From Enoplolaimus lenunculus (taxonomy: Eukaryota): a stretch of 64,000 nucleotides of DNA. The stretch is from assembly GCA_030248215.1 (NCBI GenBank), contig JASANG010000864.1, positions 186,001 to 250,000 of the forward strand, written 5' to 3'. Made by a program: the position numbers and the translations under genes. This document shows, one piece after another, positions 36,255 to 49,376 of the stretch. Position 1 is the first letter of the stretch. Every line of letters starts with the position of its first letter. The notes under the pieces were generated by a model that was not told the origin of the DNA, made no database searches, and saw only the letters and a list, made by a program, of their open reading frames with translations.

Positions 36255-38469
36255 TCAGTTTGTCAGATCTCCCACAATAGATCGCTTCTGTTCATTATAA
36301 CTTGGAGGAAAAGTTGCAAACGTCAAATAGCCTGAATGCGCCGGCACCTTACCAGACACGGGGACAACCGAAGTAAATACCGTTGAATCTATTTCTGTAT
36401 CATTTCCTAATTCGTTAGATCTGCACATTGTTTCGGGATTATTTATTTCTACACCGTCTCCTAATTCGTTAGATTTGCGCGTTGGTGCCGCATTTGACTT
36501 ATCTTTAGACAGCACATGTTCGTCTTTCACTTTTGATAACTGCGACCCGTTATCAACTTCAATCCGAGGTTTTTTCGCAACAGGAGCTGATTCTGGAATA
36601 CGACCGGTTTGTTTTTGGCTACACAGGGCGCTGTGTTTGTACGGCACCAAGCGAGGCAACGATGCCTCTGTTATCTTCAATAATAAACACGAAACGTCAT
36701 TATAATAAATTGTTGTCGCTGCTAAAAAGTATTAATATTGTACTATTAAAATGCAAAATGTCATATTTTTTGATAAATTTGGAAAACGAAACAAGCATAA
36801 AGTCTAAAGTACATATTATAGTTCTCAGAGATTTCATCCAGTGTTACCTTTAAACTTCTTACAACCAACTCAATCGTTTCAACTTCAACAAATCCAAGAT
36901 CAGTGAGCAAAGAGGCACTGCGCTGAACCTGTTCAATACACGGCGAAAAGCAACATATCCGTCCGCCTGTTTTCTAAAAATTAAAAAATTCCTTCAAAAT
37001 TAAAAATTGAGATGGTGAAATAACAACAACTATCATATCATACAATAAGTTTAGACCGAAGCTTTCATCAAAAAAATGAGGATTTTGTCAATTTAGCACA
37101 AACAAAAAATGAGGATTTTGTCAATTTAGCACAAACAAAAAATTCAGCCGAGCTTAAATCTTGTAACCTAAGTCAATAATTTTGAAAAAGTCCACGGATT
37201 TTTCAACAACGCGATAAAAAATCAACTGACCAAAATGGGATTTTACCAACATATACTTTTTACTGACGGCAATAATTACTTTTGAACCATTAAAGTAGCC
37301 ATGATTTTGGAAAGTGAAGATCACGTCGAATAAATACTTTGCTGAGGAACTTCTTATGTTACCAACTAACAATTGCCTAAAATCCCCTAGACGCATTAAA
37401 TACCAACAGTGGGTTGACCGGTAACCTCCCCTAGCTATTCGCTACGCCCTTGTTTTCAACAGTATACTCCCAAAGCAAGGAGGGTTGACCTAAAACCCCT
37501 CTGGCTATTGAATACGCCATTGTTTTCAACAATACACTCCAAAGCAATTAAAAAAACGAGAATGGCTATATAATGAAGAACCAACCCAAACCATAACATA
37601 CCTTCAACGCAAGTTTCGCGTGCGGCACAACCTCCCATGGTTTCGGTAGATCCAAAAACACAGCATCCAGACTACTGTCTAGACAAGATCCGAACCCATC
37701 TGCACAGACATCTCGATTCTCTGCGGTAACCACTGCGCTAATATCATGCGCTTCAAATTCTTGTTTGGCAGTATTAGTTCGCTGTTCGTGATAATCAAAC
37801 GTATATAGGTGTCCATCGGGGTATATGGTTCTTGCAATGGAATGCGACAAAGATCCGCTACCGGTACCTGCTTCAGCGACACGAGATCCAGGTTTGAGCT
37901 CAAGTCCAAGAATAATTCTGTTAATATCAGGCGGATATAAAATTTGTGTTCGATGATCGACGTTTTGTGTCCATAATTCAGGCGTCGGGTGCAGAATGTA
38001 CACGTAACCTGAAAGTTTTATAAATTATTAACACTGCTGGTCTGCGGTTGAAGAAATTTAACAAATCCGCTTTACGGCACGACACATGCAAATTATGCTT
38101 GTAAAATTCCTTCATTAGCGTCAAACTGAAATCTACTAATGGCCAGATGCGTACGAAAAAAAAGGTGCAGCCAGACTGCCGCCACAATCAGTACTGATTG
38201 GTTAAAATAGAATCTTAGATAGAGCTTCAAAAACGTCTCAGGAGCTTTCAAAGTCTTAAAACTATAAACTAAAACCACAACCTACCTTTACTGCATTGCA
38301 CCTTTGTCCCGTATTCTTTTCCAATCACGTACTCGTGTCGAAACCCACCATATTTTGTCTGGCACACTTCACCCCATTGAATACGTATTTTGTATGTATT
38401 ACGATAGCCAACATATACGATGACATCATCTCCTTCTTCAATACGTGACTTATACGCGACAAAACTCAT
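36255..38469 (-). CDS. TRMT61A: tRNA (adenine58-N1)-methyltransferase catalytic subunit, 4 exons
   Basis: Exons 38469-38286, 38008-37602, 36973-36848, 36674-36255. Motifs MSFVAY, LHPTPELWT..HRTQILY, EAGTGSGSLSH, DAVFLDLPKPW, FSPCIEQVQR and HSGYLTFAT. Confidence 0.96.
37071..37142. repeat. 33-bp exact tandem duplication in a TRMT61A intron
   Basis: aaaaaatgaggattttgtcaatttagcacaaac x2. Confidence 0.85.
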
Positions 38470-38713
38470 AGCATCGGACTCCAAAACAAGCCACCTGCAA
38501 ACTTACTGGCTCTTTGTTTTCAAAATCAAACACGAGTCCCGAGTTTAGGATAAAATTCAATTTTTCTGAAAGCGGTTCAAAATTTGCAGACAAACAAAGA
38601 AATGAAAAGTCATGTTATTGATAGATTGGAAATCTTAAATACGGTTGAATCGCAACGTTCAAAGTTTCCAGACAAAATCTACCGAACGCATAAAATGCCA
38701 GTGTTTGACTTGG

Positions 38714-41597
38714 TTAGAAAAATTTCACTCCTTCGTTCTGGCCAATAATTTCAGCTTTGCCCTGAGCTTCCAGATGACGTAGTGCTTTCACCAAAAACTC
38801 TGTTTCAAGGCCGTGAAATGCTGAAAGTTAATAACAAAGCAATAGTAAAACCTCCAAAACTAGACAATTGTGCTTAATAAGCCAAATTATAAATAGCGGT
38901 TATATCTTCCAATCAAAAAATGTCCATAATGCAAACAAATTACGTACGTTAAACCATTACAATACAACTTTAACCAAACACAGAGTATCGAATTTAAATT
39001 TAATTGTTTAAGAAGTAACAATGTTTCACTAAAACGTTCCTACAAACAATAAAACGTGTACCACTTTGAAACAACAAAACCTAAACAGAGAAACAAAAAA
39101 TGCTATGCTTAGCCAAAATTCCACCAGGACTCCCAAACGTTAAATTCATTTAACAATATTTTTGGTACACTATTTTTTGTATCATTGGTTAATAAAACTT
39201 ACATTCAGATGCAGTATCTTCGTCGTCTGTTAGTTCGTGGAACGTATGAACAGTATTTGTGAATCCGTTTTCTTTCGCCTATAAAAACAAAATCACACAT
39301 CGGAACAAAAAAATTTATACAAGCATTAAAACGCAATAAGCCATTTGAAAAACAGCTCCACTAGTGCTAGTATATATTATTATTATGTTTCTATATGCAT
39401 CAATCAAAATATTTTACCATGTTTAGTTTATGAAAGAGTGTGTTATTTAGAGTGCGACACTTCCTATTCTCTATTTGGTGTTTCCTCAAAGTGCCACTCA
39501 AACTGTACTTTGCGAGTAGCAGCATAATACCGTTACGCTTTCCAAACTGCATCTATGTACAAAGTTATGAACCACAGCACTTAAACATTATCAGCCAACA
39601 ATAGGTAAAACTAACAATCTAGAAGCATTGAAAATGTAACAAAGAAAAAGTACAAAACACACCCAATCGTAAATGATCTTTGCCCACTCTTCTGTGGTTC
39701 TCCAGATAATGCGGCACCGACGGTTATGTTTATCAAGCCACTCAATGTGACCTAAAGTGTTGCTACGGAATTTTATTGAAAAAATACAAAAACTTTACGA
39801 ATTCTTATCTTAGAAATAGACATTCTATCACTCAATTAAACTAACATATTTCATAAATTCAATAAATTTATTTTCTAATTTTTACCCAAAAACTTATACC
39901 ATCGTCCGTAATCAGGAGACGCATTGTTGCACCCATACGCAATACTCAACTTTGCCTGCTTTCAGACTGTTTAACAGAAGTATTCATAAAATGTCAAACC
40001 TACGGCGTTTCAGTTTTAATAATATAGACAGTATTTTTGCAACCAACGAGAACAAAGCAAGAACACGTTTTCAAAGATAGCCTGACAAGGTAAGGCAATA
40101 TTTCACATTGTTCTCTCTACAAATTTTCAAGCACGATAGCCACATCCTGCTTCATGAAATAGGACAAGAAAATATTAAATTTAAATTAAATGAATAAATT
40201 TCTAAGCATTAAACAGTGCCACAAAAGTTGAACCACATAAACCGTCGTCCAACTTTACCTTTTTTATCTAAATGAGCTAACACAGTATTTATTCCTTCAG
40301 TATTCAGTTTCCCTGAAAAAACAACAAAAACATAATGTACGCACCAAATCTTCCCAAAACGATAAGAAATCAGTTTTAAAAACTTCAGATAAAATTAGTA
40401 ATTACGCAAATGCACGAACGATCCTATCTAAAGCAATTCGACTGCATACATGTTCGTACCTTTAAGATCACACGCCCAAATTTAGAATGCGATAAAACTA
40501 AATGTTTCATTACATTTTAGGGTAAAATTGTAGTATGTATAGTTCTTACGGTTTATTTTTGCATTATGAAACAGTTCACTGTTCCCAGCCTCGACTAGAT
40601 CTAACGAATACACTTTGTTCTTTTGGCAGTAGTCGATTATCAAACTTGACCACGATTCAAGCTGTTTCTCGCGAGTCGAAAGATTCGGCTGGATTCTAAA
40701 CAAATTGCATTAAAAATGTGACATGCGGATGCATAGAGACAAGTAAAAACCTCGTGCTGATGCTGAAAATAGGTAAAAATCACTGCTGCATATGTAGCGC
40801 CTTCATATGCAGCAACAGTAAAAACATGGAAGAACCAACATGCATGTGTATAATGTTGAGGTTCTTATAAGGTGTGACATATGGATGCATAGAGACATGT
40901 AATAACCTCGTGCTGATGAGTGAAAATGACTGCAGCATTGTATTGCCTTCATATGCAGCAGCAGTAAAACATGGAAGAACAAAGATCATGCGCATAATGT
41001 TGAGGTTCTTATAAGGCATATAAACAGAAAAACTCAGCAGTTGATTGTGAGGCGGCGTGGCTCAGTGGATAGCGCGCTGGACTGAAAATCTGTCGACCGA
41101 GCTCGAAACCTCCTGGTAGGGTCCCTTATTTTCAGCTGCTGACAACTCAGAACTCAAAACTGTCGTACCCTAGCCTACCCAACTTATCACATAAGGCATA
41201 AAAACAGACAAACTCAGCAGCTGATTGTGAGGCGGCGTGGCTCAGTGGCTTGTGCTCTGGACTGATAATCTGGCGACCGAGTTCGAAACCTCCTTGGAGT
41301 GTCCCTCATTTTCAGCTGCTGAGCACTCAGGATTAAAAACTTTCGTACACTAGCCTACCCAACTTATCACAAAAAAAATAGACAGCTTTTCATTCGTTGT
41401 TTTGCGCCCGGTCTATTCAAGCAGTACTTATTTTGATTTGATTGCTGCTTGTACTGCCTGGTTTTTAGAGTTGACCCTGAGACAGTATCGAAGTTAACGG
41501 ATTACAGCATGTCTTATTTCCAATTAATACTTTCAAAAACCTACGTGAAGAAGGGTGGAAAATCGTATTGCCAGGGGAATTTAAAGTTGTCGTTCAT
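38714..41597 (-). CDS. VPS25: ESCRT-II subunit VPS25, 6 exons
   Basis: Exons 41597-41545, 40695-40550, 40312-40259, 39751-39663, 39278-39203, 38820-38714. Protein MNDNFKFPWQYDFPPFFTIQPNLSTREKQLESW...IIWRTTEEWAKIIYDW...FHGL...LEAQGKAEII...GVKFF*. Confidence 0.96.
40718..41017. repeat. ~150-bp diverged tandem duplication in VPS25 intron 1
   Basis: tgtgacat..ggatgcatagagac...gaggttcttataagg present twice. Confidence 0.8.
41011..41370 (+). mobile_element. Two tandem 180-bp units, each with a tRNA-derived (Phe-like) head; SINE or pseudo-tRNA
   Basis: GGCGGCGTGGCTCAGTGG (A box), CTGAAAA/CTGATAA anticodon-like loop and GAG(C/T)TCGAAACC (B box) at ~41051 and ~41231; acceptor stem does not close. 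Confidence 0.7.
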
Positions 41598-42552
41598 AGC
41601 AAGATATCATAACAGGTTTTATAACTAAAGAATTTGTAACCATATCACTCTTAAATGATTATATACCAACTACTATGTATGTGGTACTTAAAGAGCTTCT
41701 CAAACTACTAGTGCTGAATGCAGCAATGTAACAAAACTCGGCCGACATGAAATCTAGATTCGCATACAATACACGAAAACTGAGATGTGGTTCTCAGCTA
41801 AGTCAAGCAGAACAGTAATAATTTTCACCCAGTTATATGTACGAAATTTTTCATGAACGATTAAGCAGTAATTTTACGAAATATAATTTATATACTAGCT
41901 AAGTAAATAATTATAGCACGAAGTGAGGTCCACATTTCTTTAAACAGACTATAAGAGCTTGGTTTATTAAACATAATTTTTCTTCCTTTCGCTTTTTAAT
42001 ATCATTAGCCCTTGAGTATACAAGGTGTAACGATCAATCATAAATTGGCTCTTGCTTTGTGGCAGATTTTGTAGTAGACGATTAAACGTTGCTGCGCTAG
42101 AAGCTTTATTAAACATCATTAAAACAATACTATAAAACTTTTGTATTGAAATTTCGATGTATAAAAATTCCTGAACTTGTGGCTGCAGTGTTGATTGCAT
42201 GAGATGATGTACTTGTTCTTATTAGTGGATTTTTTACGAATGTAGCATTTTCTCGAACAAAACATTTCTATTCCCTTGTAGTTTGCGCTGACCAAACCCA
42301 GATATTTTTACATGAGGCAACATAGAATTTTTGCTAGTCGGAAAGGTGTTTCAAGGATAAAACACGCATTTTCAACGGTTTTCGTGTTTCAAACGTCAAT
42401 TTTCAAAGCATTTCTCGTAAGCATAAATGGGAAAAAATTAGATAGTCATTTCAACCGCGATACGTGCGAATGGGATTCTGCAGCTGTGAACCAAATAATT
42501 TTAGTAGGATAAAACAGCGAATAATTTTGTATCGAGATACTGTCGATTTCTA

Positions 42553-43727
42553 TACAACAAATGAAGTCTTAATATTTCAAGACTCCTGCTTTCATCAATT
42601 TCCAAGAAATAAGTAACTTGTATTTCAGACATAAGCAGTCTTTAAATGGCTCTGAGATTCGTGTCTGAAATGGTTAAAACAACAATGTCTATATATTCTA
42701 CATATTCCAGAAGTGTCTATTACCAATTTATAGGCACAAATTTCTTACTTTCGAGAAATAGTTGTTTCATATTCAAACAACTATTTATGATTTTATGTAT
42801 GAAAAAAGTTTCTCCGTTTATTTTTTTAAAAGTGTATATAAGCAAACGTGGATGATCTTAAACGAGAGTGTGCAATTAGCTGGGCGGTGCAAGGTTTAAA
42901 ATGTACCAGCATGTGTTGCGTTTTTGCCTTACACACCTTATTAAGGGGGGAGCCGATTTCAGCTTTAATGCACAATATATTGCTTCGATCTTTTATGCAA
43001 CGTATTTATAATGTTTAGCGAAAATTTAGAACCCCCAACGGGGTAGGAAAAAATGTAACGCGTGTGGGGTACATTTTTTCTACGCAGAATGTGCCCAGCT
43101 GCGTACTCTTTTCAAGAGAATCATGCACTCTTGATATAACTAATCGAATTTCAAAGATATTTCGGGTTAAGCTCAGGCTCTCCCCGACCTAAGTTTGCGT
43201 CTTGAACGTATCTTAGGTTGTAAAATAGGGTATTTGGTTGAGCTTTAGTCCCACTTTGGAGTCGGCGTTTCCGGTAAATGTTTCACTTGTATTTCAGACA
43301 TAATATGTCTTATGTTTCAGAAATATTTGTCTTAATCGTTCATAAAACAAAGTCATAAATTTAAGACATTTATATAAGTGTGAAAAATTTCAGACCCATA
43401 TTTCTAAAAATTTTGAGAAATATAAGTCCGGAATTCAAGAAATAAATGTCTGGAGTCCGTATTAATAATTGTCTTAAATTACAGACAATATTTCTAGAAT
43501 ACGATGCAATAAATGTAAGTCAAATTGACTCACTCCTAATTAGGCTCTACGGAACTACACAAACTGAGTCCATCCAATTCCGGCAGAGTCAAATTCGACT
43601 CACAAAGTCGCACGTTTAACTCTTGGAGTCGAATTTGACTCAGTTTATGTAGTCCTGTCGAGCCTATTTCGAAGAGAGATAATTTGACTCATCGTTTTTT
43701 GCAGTGAAGACAATTTATTTTGTGTGT
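42553..43727. mobile_element. TA-flanked MITE (CACACAAAATAAATTGTCT family) with two nested insertions (~42845-43135, ~43500-43707)
   Basis: Colinear similarity to the uninterrupted copy at 56601-57202; right end agacaatttattttgtgtg-TA. Confidence 0.7.
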
Positions 43728-44662
43728 AGCGAAGCATTCAGCAACGGCTTGTCCGGAATGCCCCTGAACCTACACTGCAAATAATGGTGAGTCAAATTGA
43801 CTCTTTCCGAAATAGGCTTTTCCTGACTACTGCAGTGACCGAATAAGAGGGGGTAATAAGAAGGGCGTCCCCATTTTGGGTTCAAATCATTATGAGTCAG
43901 TATCCCTACAAGAGTCCGTAAATAGAGTCCCTAAACCCTATTTAGAGTCCATAAATGTCAATTATTTCAACTGTAGGGCATAAATGACTCCAGGACCAAA
44001 ACGTAAATTTTGAAAGTACATTCCTAAGTATAACCTTTTATTATCGCTCAAACTATTGAAACCAGACAAATAAACGTTCAATTCAACGGATAATTGCAGT
44101 ACCGGATATCAGGAACGAATGGCGGCGGAGCGTGTGTTAAAAATAAATAACAGTCCGTAACCGAATGACAAGGGGGGTACCCTCTGGATAGGCCAAATAA
44201 ATATCAGTCCCCCCTTTTATTCGGGTCAATACAGTACACACAATTTCGTTAGTGGTCCCTTGTGAAGGCTTCTATCGCAAATTTAGCTGTTATGCGGCTG
44301 TTGTCAAAAAACTCAGACGCTCTATTTAATAGAAAAATGGATAGTAAAAGTGTGTATAGAATTCAGAAACTACTCCCCCTGATATGAGAATATGAGTTCC
44401 CGAGTAGACTTTCTAAAACAATCGTGTCAGTATGACTCATTCAAATAATTTTCCGAGACGTCTAACGTTTCGCATATGCTTCGAGGAATTTTGTAGTGAT
44501 CCTACTGAGATCCGGATTAATCCTTATGAACGTCAGCTTGTTCTTCTATAAAGTCTTGTTGGTGTTTCGCAGCTGAGCTATTAATGAACTAATTCTATTA
44601 GAACATAAATATTGCAGTTTGTTGCGCTGCACACTTTGACCTATTGATCACTTGAACTCACC

Positions 44663-44938
44663 GGCCTATGTATAGAACAGGGCTGGCACGTTTTTCGGCG
44701 GGGCTGTAACAGAGTGAGGGTAACCTTTAGACTATTTTTATGCTTAAGCTTAGGCTTAGGTTTAGGCATAGGCTCATTCTTACGCTTAGGCTTAGGCTTA
44801 GGAATATGCTTATACTACTATTCCGACCCTGTTGTATACATTGGATTGCAAAGGATTAGGTTTAGGCTTAGGCTCAGCATTAGGCTTAGGCTTAGGAATT
44901 TTGCTTATACTGTACCGGCCCTGTTCTATACATGGGCC
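44663..44938. mobile_element. TTAGGC-family MITE, subtype A, with a duplicated right end
   Basis: GGCCTATGT...ACATGGGCC; TSD AACTCACC/AACTCATC; an internal second end near 44845. Confidence 0.85.
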
Positions 44939-47374
44939 AACTCATCCGAGGGGGGAAACTTACCATAAGGTGAAACGAAACTTTAGTCAATGATTAAGAG
45001 GCAATTTAACTTATTCAAAATTTGTGCCTTGATAGCGCATTCTGAATAAGCATTCTGTTATCAGTACTGATTAGGACGTCTCGCTCAGTCCGCTCACGAG
45101 GTTTTTGTTCTGCCATTATAGGATTGTGCCCATATGTACATGCCTATCGTTATTTTAATATAAGCTGTTGCGCACCTGGAAGACAATTTTTTGCCAAGGT
45201 GCATTATCTTACAAGTTCAAAGGTATACGATGGCCTGGCGAATGCATTGAACGCCAACGCAACCTATGTTCAATTATAGGATTGCTGAAAAGACCCTTAC
45301 GCCTGCTTGTACTGGGTCTAAAAATGTCATACTGCTTACATGCAGAGCGGTCGTAAAAGTTGATTTTCAGACAAACACTTGACCTCAGATTATCATCACA
45401 TAATGCACGTTTGAAAGCCATATTTCACCCCATCAGCATGGACCGGCAATTTTAAATCGCATGTAATAATGATTTGAAACTCATATTTAAATAAATCATG
45501 CATGAAAACTTGTCTATTTAACTATATATACAGCGCATATCGCCTTATGCGTCATTTTAACACATCTTCATCTAATCAAGCGAATAGAAACTAATTAATA
45601 TTTACGTCTAATGCAGATTTGAACCGGAAATCTCGTTTAATATTTAAAATTTGTCGGTTTTCACACAGATACCATGCAATCAACATATTTTTAATTCGGC
45701 AAATGTTACATTTTAGGGGCGGAAATACTAGCCTAAACGTATTCCTAAACTGCATAGAAATGATGAGTCATATTGACTGCCTCCGAAATAGGCTCTACGG
45801 GACTGCACAAACTGAGTCAAATTCGACTCCGCCCGAGTCAAACGTGCGACTCAGTAAATCGAATTTGATTCTGGCGGAGTCGAATTTGACTCAGCTTGTA
45901 TTGTTCCGTAGAGCCTATTTCGGAGAAAATTAATTTGATATAAAAGTAATATACCTGTTTGTTGTAGCTTTTCAAAACACCGCAGAAACAGCAGAAGTAA
46001 AATACAAGACCTAATAATATACTATGTTAATTTCAATGAGTTGATTAATCAATTCAGCTCGCGAGTTGGTCATTTCTGAATTGAAATCAGTATACATTTA
46101 ACTCACTCTGAATTGAGTATATTCTTCCTCTGAGTTAAGGTAACTCCGGGTGAGTTGGTTAATTCACTCAGAATAAATTTAATCTGCTCAAAATTTTGAG
46201 TTCTGATAATCCTAAACTTATACTGAGTGATTCAATTCATTCTGAGTTAAACGCAACTCACAGAAATTTACAGTGATCCCAACCAACTGGTGATAGGTGG
46301 CAAACAGATTTGAAAACGCAAGCACGATTGCCCGCTGTGATCAAATTTGCAACCAACTTTCAGTCATGTTTAAAGGATTACGGTAAATTTATAAAACTTT
46401 TCCGCATCCTATAAAAATGAATACCTTCACTTCCAAATATTGATGAAACGAAACAAAACAACATGCATCCGCTTCCATGTGATACAACTCCGAATATGAT
46501 TTTACATTCTTTCTCATGTCGTACTCAAAACAATTAATCCTATTTTGAAATTAATTTAAGTATATTTCAATATTTATATACTACAGTTGGACCGCCTTAA
46601 GGTTGCGCTATACTCGACATCCAGCGCCGTTCGTCACCGTGCGTCACACGTACGGCGCCGTCCGTCACCGTTCGTACCATGCATTATCGTACGATAACGG
46701 GCGGTGTTGTACGGATGATGCACGGTGACGGACGGCGCCGGTCGTCAACAAAGGTTTAGCGCGACCCTAACATGCGTAATTGTGGACCGCGCTTCAGCCG
46801 ATTCTGAGCAGCGGTTCAGCCGATATATATGCAATTGCACACAAAACAGGTTTTGGTTATTTTTTTATTTTTACCAAAATTGCTTATCTGCGTTGCGACG
46901 TATATTCACCGAAACAAAAAATGCTACTGAGCCGACTGACTATCAAACCAGATTCGCACTGGATAAACATTTTGTAGATTAGAATCGAATACAAAAAGCA
47001 GCGGTTGACTTTTCGTTTTAACTCTTCATTCAAGAGATTTTCACTGCCGTTCGTTCGATCAGGAAATTTTGCTGGAAATATGTTGATGTTGGTTGTGAAT
47101 GTTGCAAAAATGTTGACAATTCTTTGTTTTAATATGTAAAAATTGGTTTGAAAGCAAAATATATAGGAAAAAGAGGTCAGTTAAGTTCCTATCTTTATTA
47201 CTATTAAACACGAGATTATAAATTGAGACCGCCAAAGAAAAGAAAACTTTAATTGATATTATCCGAGTAAATTTAGTCATATTTTTGTGGAATTTTGCGT
47301 TTAAGTTCTGGACATGGTACCTCTGCGCAATATCATTTGCTACACCTTAAAAAGGCTTTTATGATAAATAGCTG

Positions 47375-47560
47375 GGTCCATGTACTTTTAGGGCCGTCAC
47401 AGGTTTCTGGAGGGTCTGTAAACAAGTAGGCTTACATTTTAGACTGAATTTTTTGCTTCGGCTTTAAGACTTAGAAATACCCATTTCAACACCTAGGATT
47501 AGACTTGGGGTTTAGGAATACGCTTAATCTACTGTTATGACCCTAAAAGTAACATTGGCC
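47375..47560. mobile_element. TTAGGC-family MITE, subtype B
   Basis: GGTCCATGTACTTTTAGGG...CCCTAAAAGTAACATTGGCC. Confidence 0.75.
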
Positions 47561-49029
47561 GCATTTTTAGTATGTCAAAATAAAAACTCTCGAATCAATT
47601 GAAGTCCCCTTAACTAAGGGGAAACCTATAAATGACCTTAAAGTCTGATCACAAAGGCGGTTTCTTTTTTGGCAGGGAATATCCATTCAAGTTATCCTAA
47701 TAAAAATCGCGTGATGTTTTGTATTGAACAACTGTTTGCTTGCTTAAATTTAAATTTTCGTTTAGCATTCGTCTATAAAATTTGAATCGGTTCGCGTTAA
47801 AATATTTTTAGATTTATAGTTCGAGGGTAAACAGTGTTGATGGTAACTTTAATATACTGGCGGATGTTAAATATAATCCAGTATAACACTAAATTACACT
47901 TTAATACCGCATCCTATTTATGAATTAATTACAAGAGCATTTATGGTAAATTACAAGAGTAATGCAAACAGTGAAATATGATAAAGCGATTAATGCACTT
48001 GAAACCGGCGATAGAAACGCAATTGCAAATAATGTTTATATTTAAATGTATAGTGTGCAAACAAAACGCAGTATTGTGCAATTAGCACTCGACTCTAAAT
48101 GCCAGATTGTCTCTAAATTAGTCAGAAACGTTTTAATTTTAAGCAACTAAAGCTTAGTCGAACCATTTATAACAATATTATAATTAATTCTGCTAGCTAA
48201 GTGATTTTGCGGGTTAAATTTCAATATGAAACGGTAAAGCGATGAATACTTTGTGCTCTGCAAATAACTAGCGGACATGCTGAAGCTTAAGTTGTGGCAT
48301 AGTTCAGAATTTACTTGGATGCTGCTGCAAACAGGTTAAATTAAATGTTTATGGTATCTGTTTAATCGGGTTTATAAATAGTAATCATAGAATTTTTTAC
48401 TTATATCTTATTAGGCAGCATTGACTGGATTTAATACGTCATATATTGGTATATATATTTATTTATTTATTTATTTATTTATATATGCATGTATTGTTTT
48501 CTAAACAAACTAACATAGCAGCTGACAAGATTTCCGACTGAAAGGTGCAATATTTGTATCAAATTATTACCGCCCAACAGGCATTTGGCCTCAGATAGTT
48601 AATAGGTATTAGATTTATTTAATATTTGGGCTTCTGATATGATAATCATCACGAATCGTTCCGTTCCCAAATTTCAAGTTTTAAAGTGTTTAATTTTTGT
48701 AGACTTTACGCTCTCTTCGTTCCCAAAATTTCTATATCAACATGAATATAATGCGAGTATAACGATTTCTGCCTCATACACGCGTCAATCTACGTGTTCA
48801 AGTAAAAAGCTTTTTTCATATTTCCAGCTCTGTGAAACTCTCACATTATTTTTTTGCAAGAAATACGGATGGCAGTTTAAGATACTTAATCCAAAATCGC
48901 TAAGTTGTAGATATATATTTTTAAAACACGTGAAGCATAGTAAAATACCGCAGCAATCAATTTATCATTTTAACCATGCGCTTGTGCTTTCTTGGCCACT
49001 AATTGCAGGCAAGTTAAAAACATGACGCC

Positions 49030-49376
49030 AGTATTAGAAGCCTAAGCTTAAGCCTAAGCGTAAGAATGAGTTTATTCCTAAGCCTAAGCCTTAAGCCTAA
49101 GCTTAAGACAAGCCAAAAAATTAGTCTAAAGCTTAAGCTACTCTATTCTAGTCCCACAGAAAAACGTTTCGCCCCTGATGTTTACATGGGCAAAACGTCC
49201 CGCCCTGATGTTTCCTTGGGCAAAACGTCGCGCCCCTGATCTTTACATGGGCAAAACGTCCCGCTCCTGATCTTTAGAGGGCAAAACGCCCCGCCCCTGA
49301 TTTTTACATGGGCAAAACTCCCCGCCCCTGATCTTTACATGGGCAAACCGTCCCGCCCCTGATCTTTACATGGGCC
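49030..49376. mobile_element. TTAGGC-family MITE whose terminal 31 bp is amplified 7x (49161-49376)
   Basis: GCCTAA blocks followed by (aaaacgtcccgcccctgatctttacatgggc)x7. Confidence 0.85.

Noticed and set aside
41051..41300. Functional tRNA-Phe/Ile genes
   Set aside because: Acceptor and anticodon stems do not pair properly; treated as tRNA-derived repeats.
41967..42200. ORF weakly resembling a hAT C-terminal dimerisation domain
   Set aside because: Similarity too degraded to call without a profile search.
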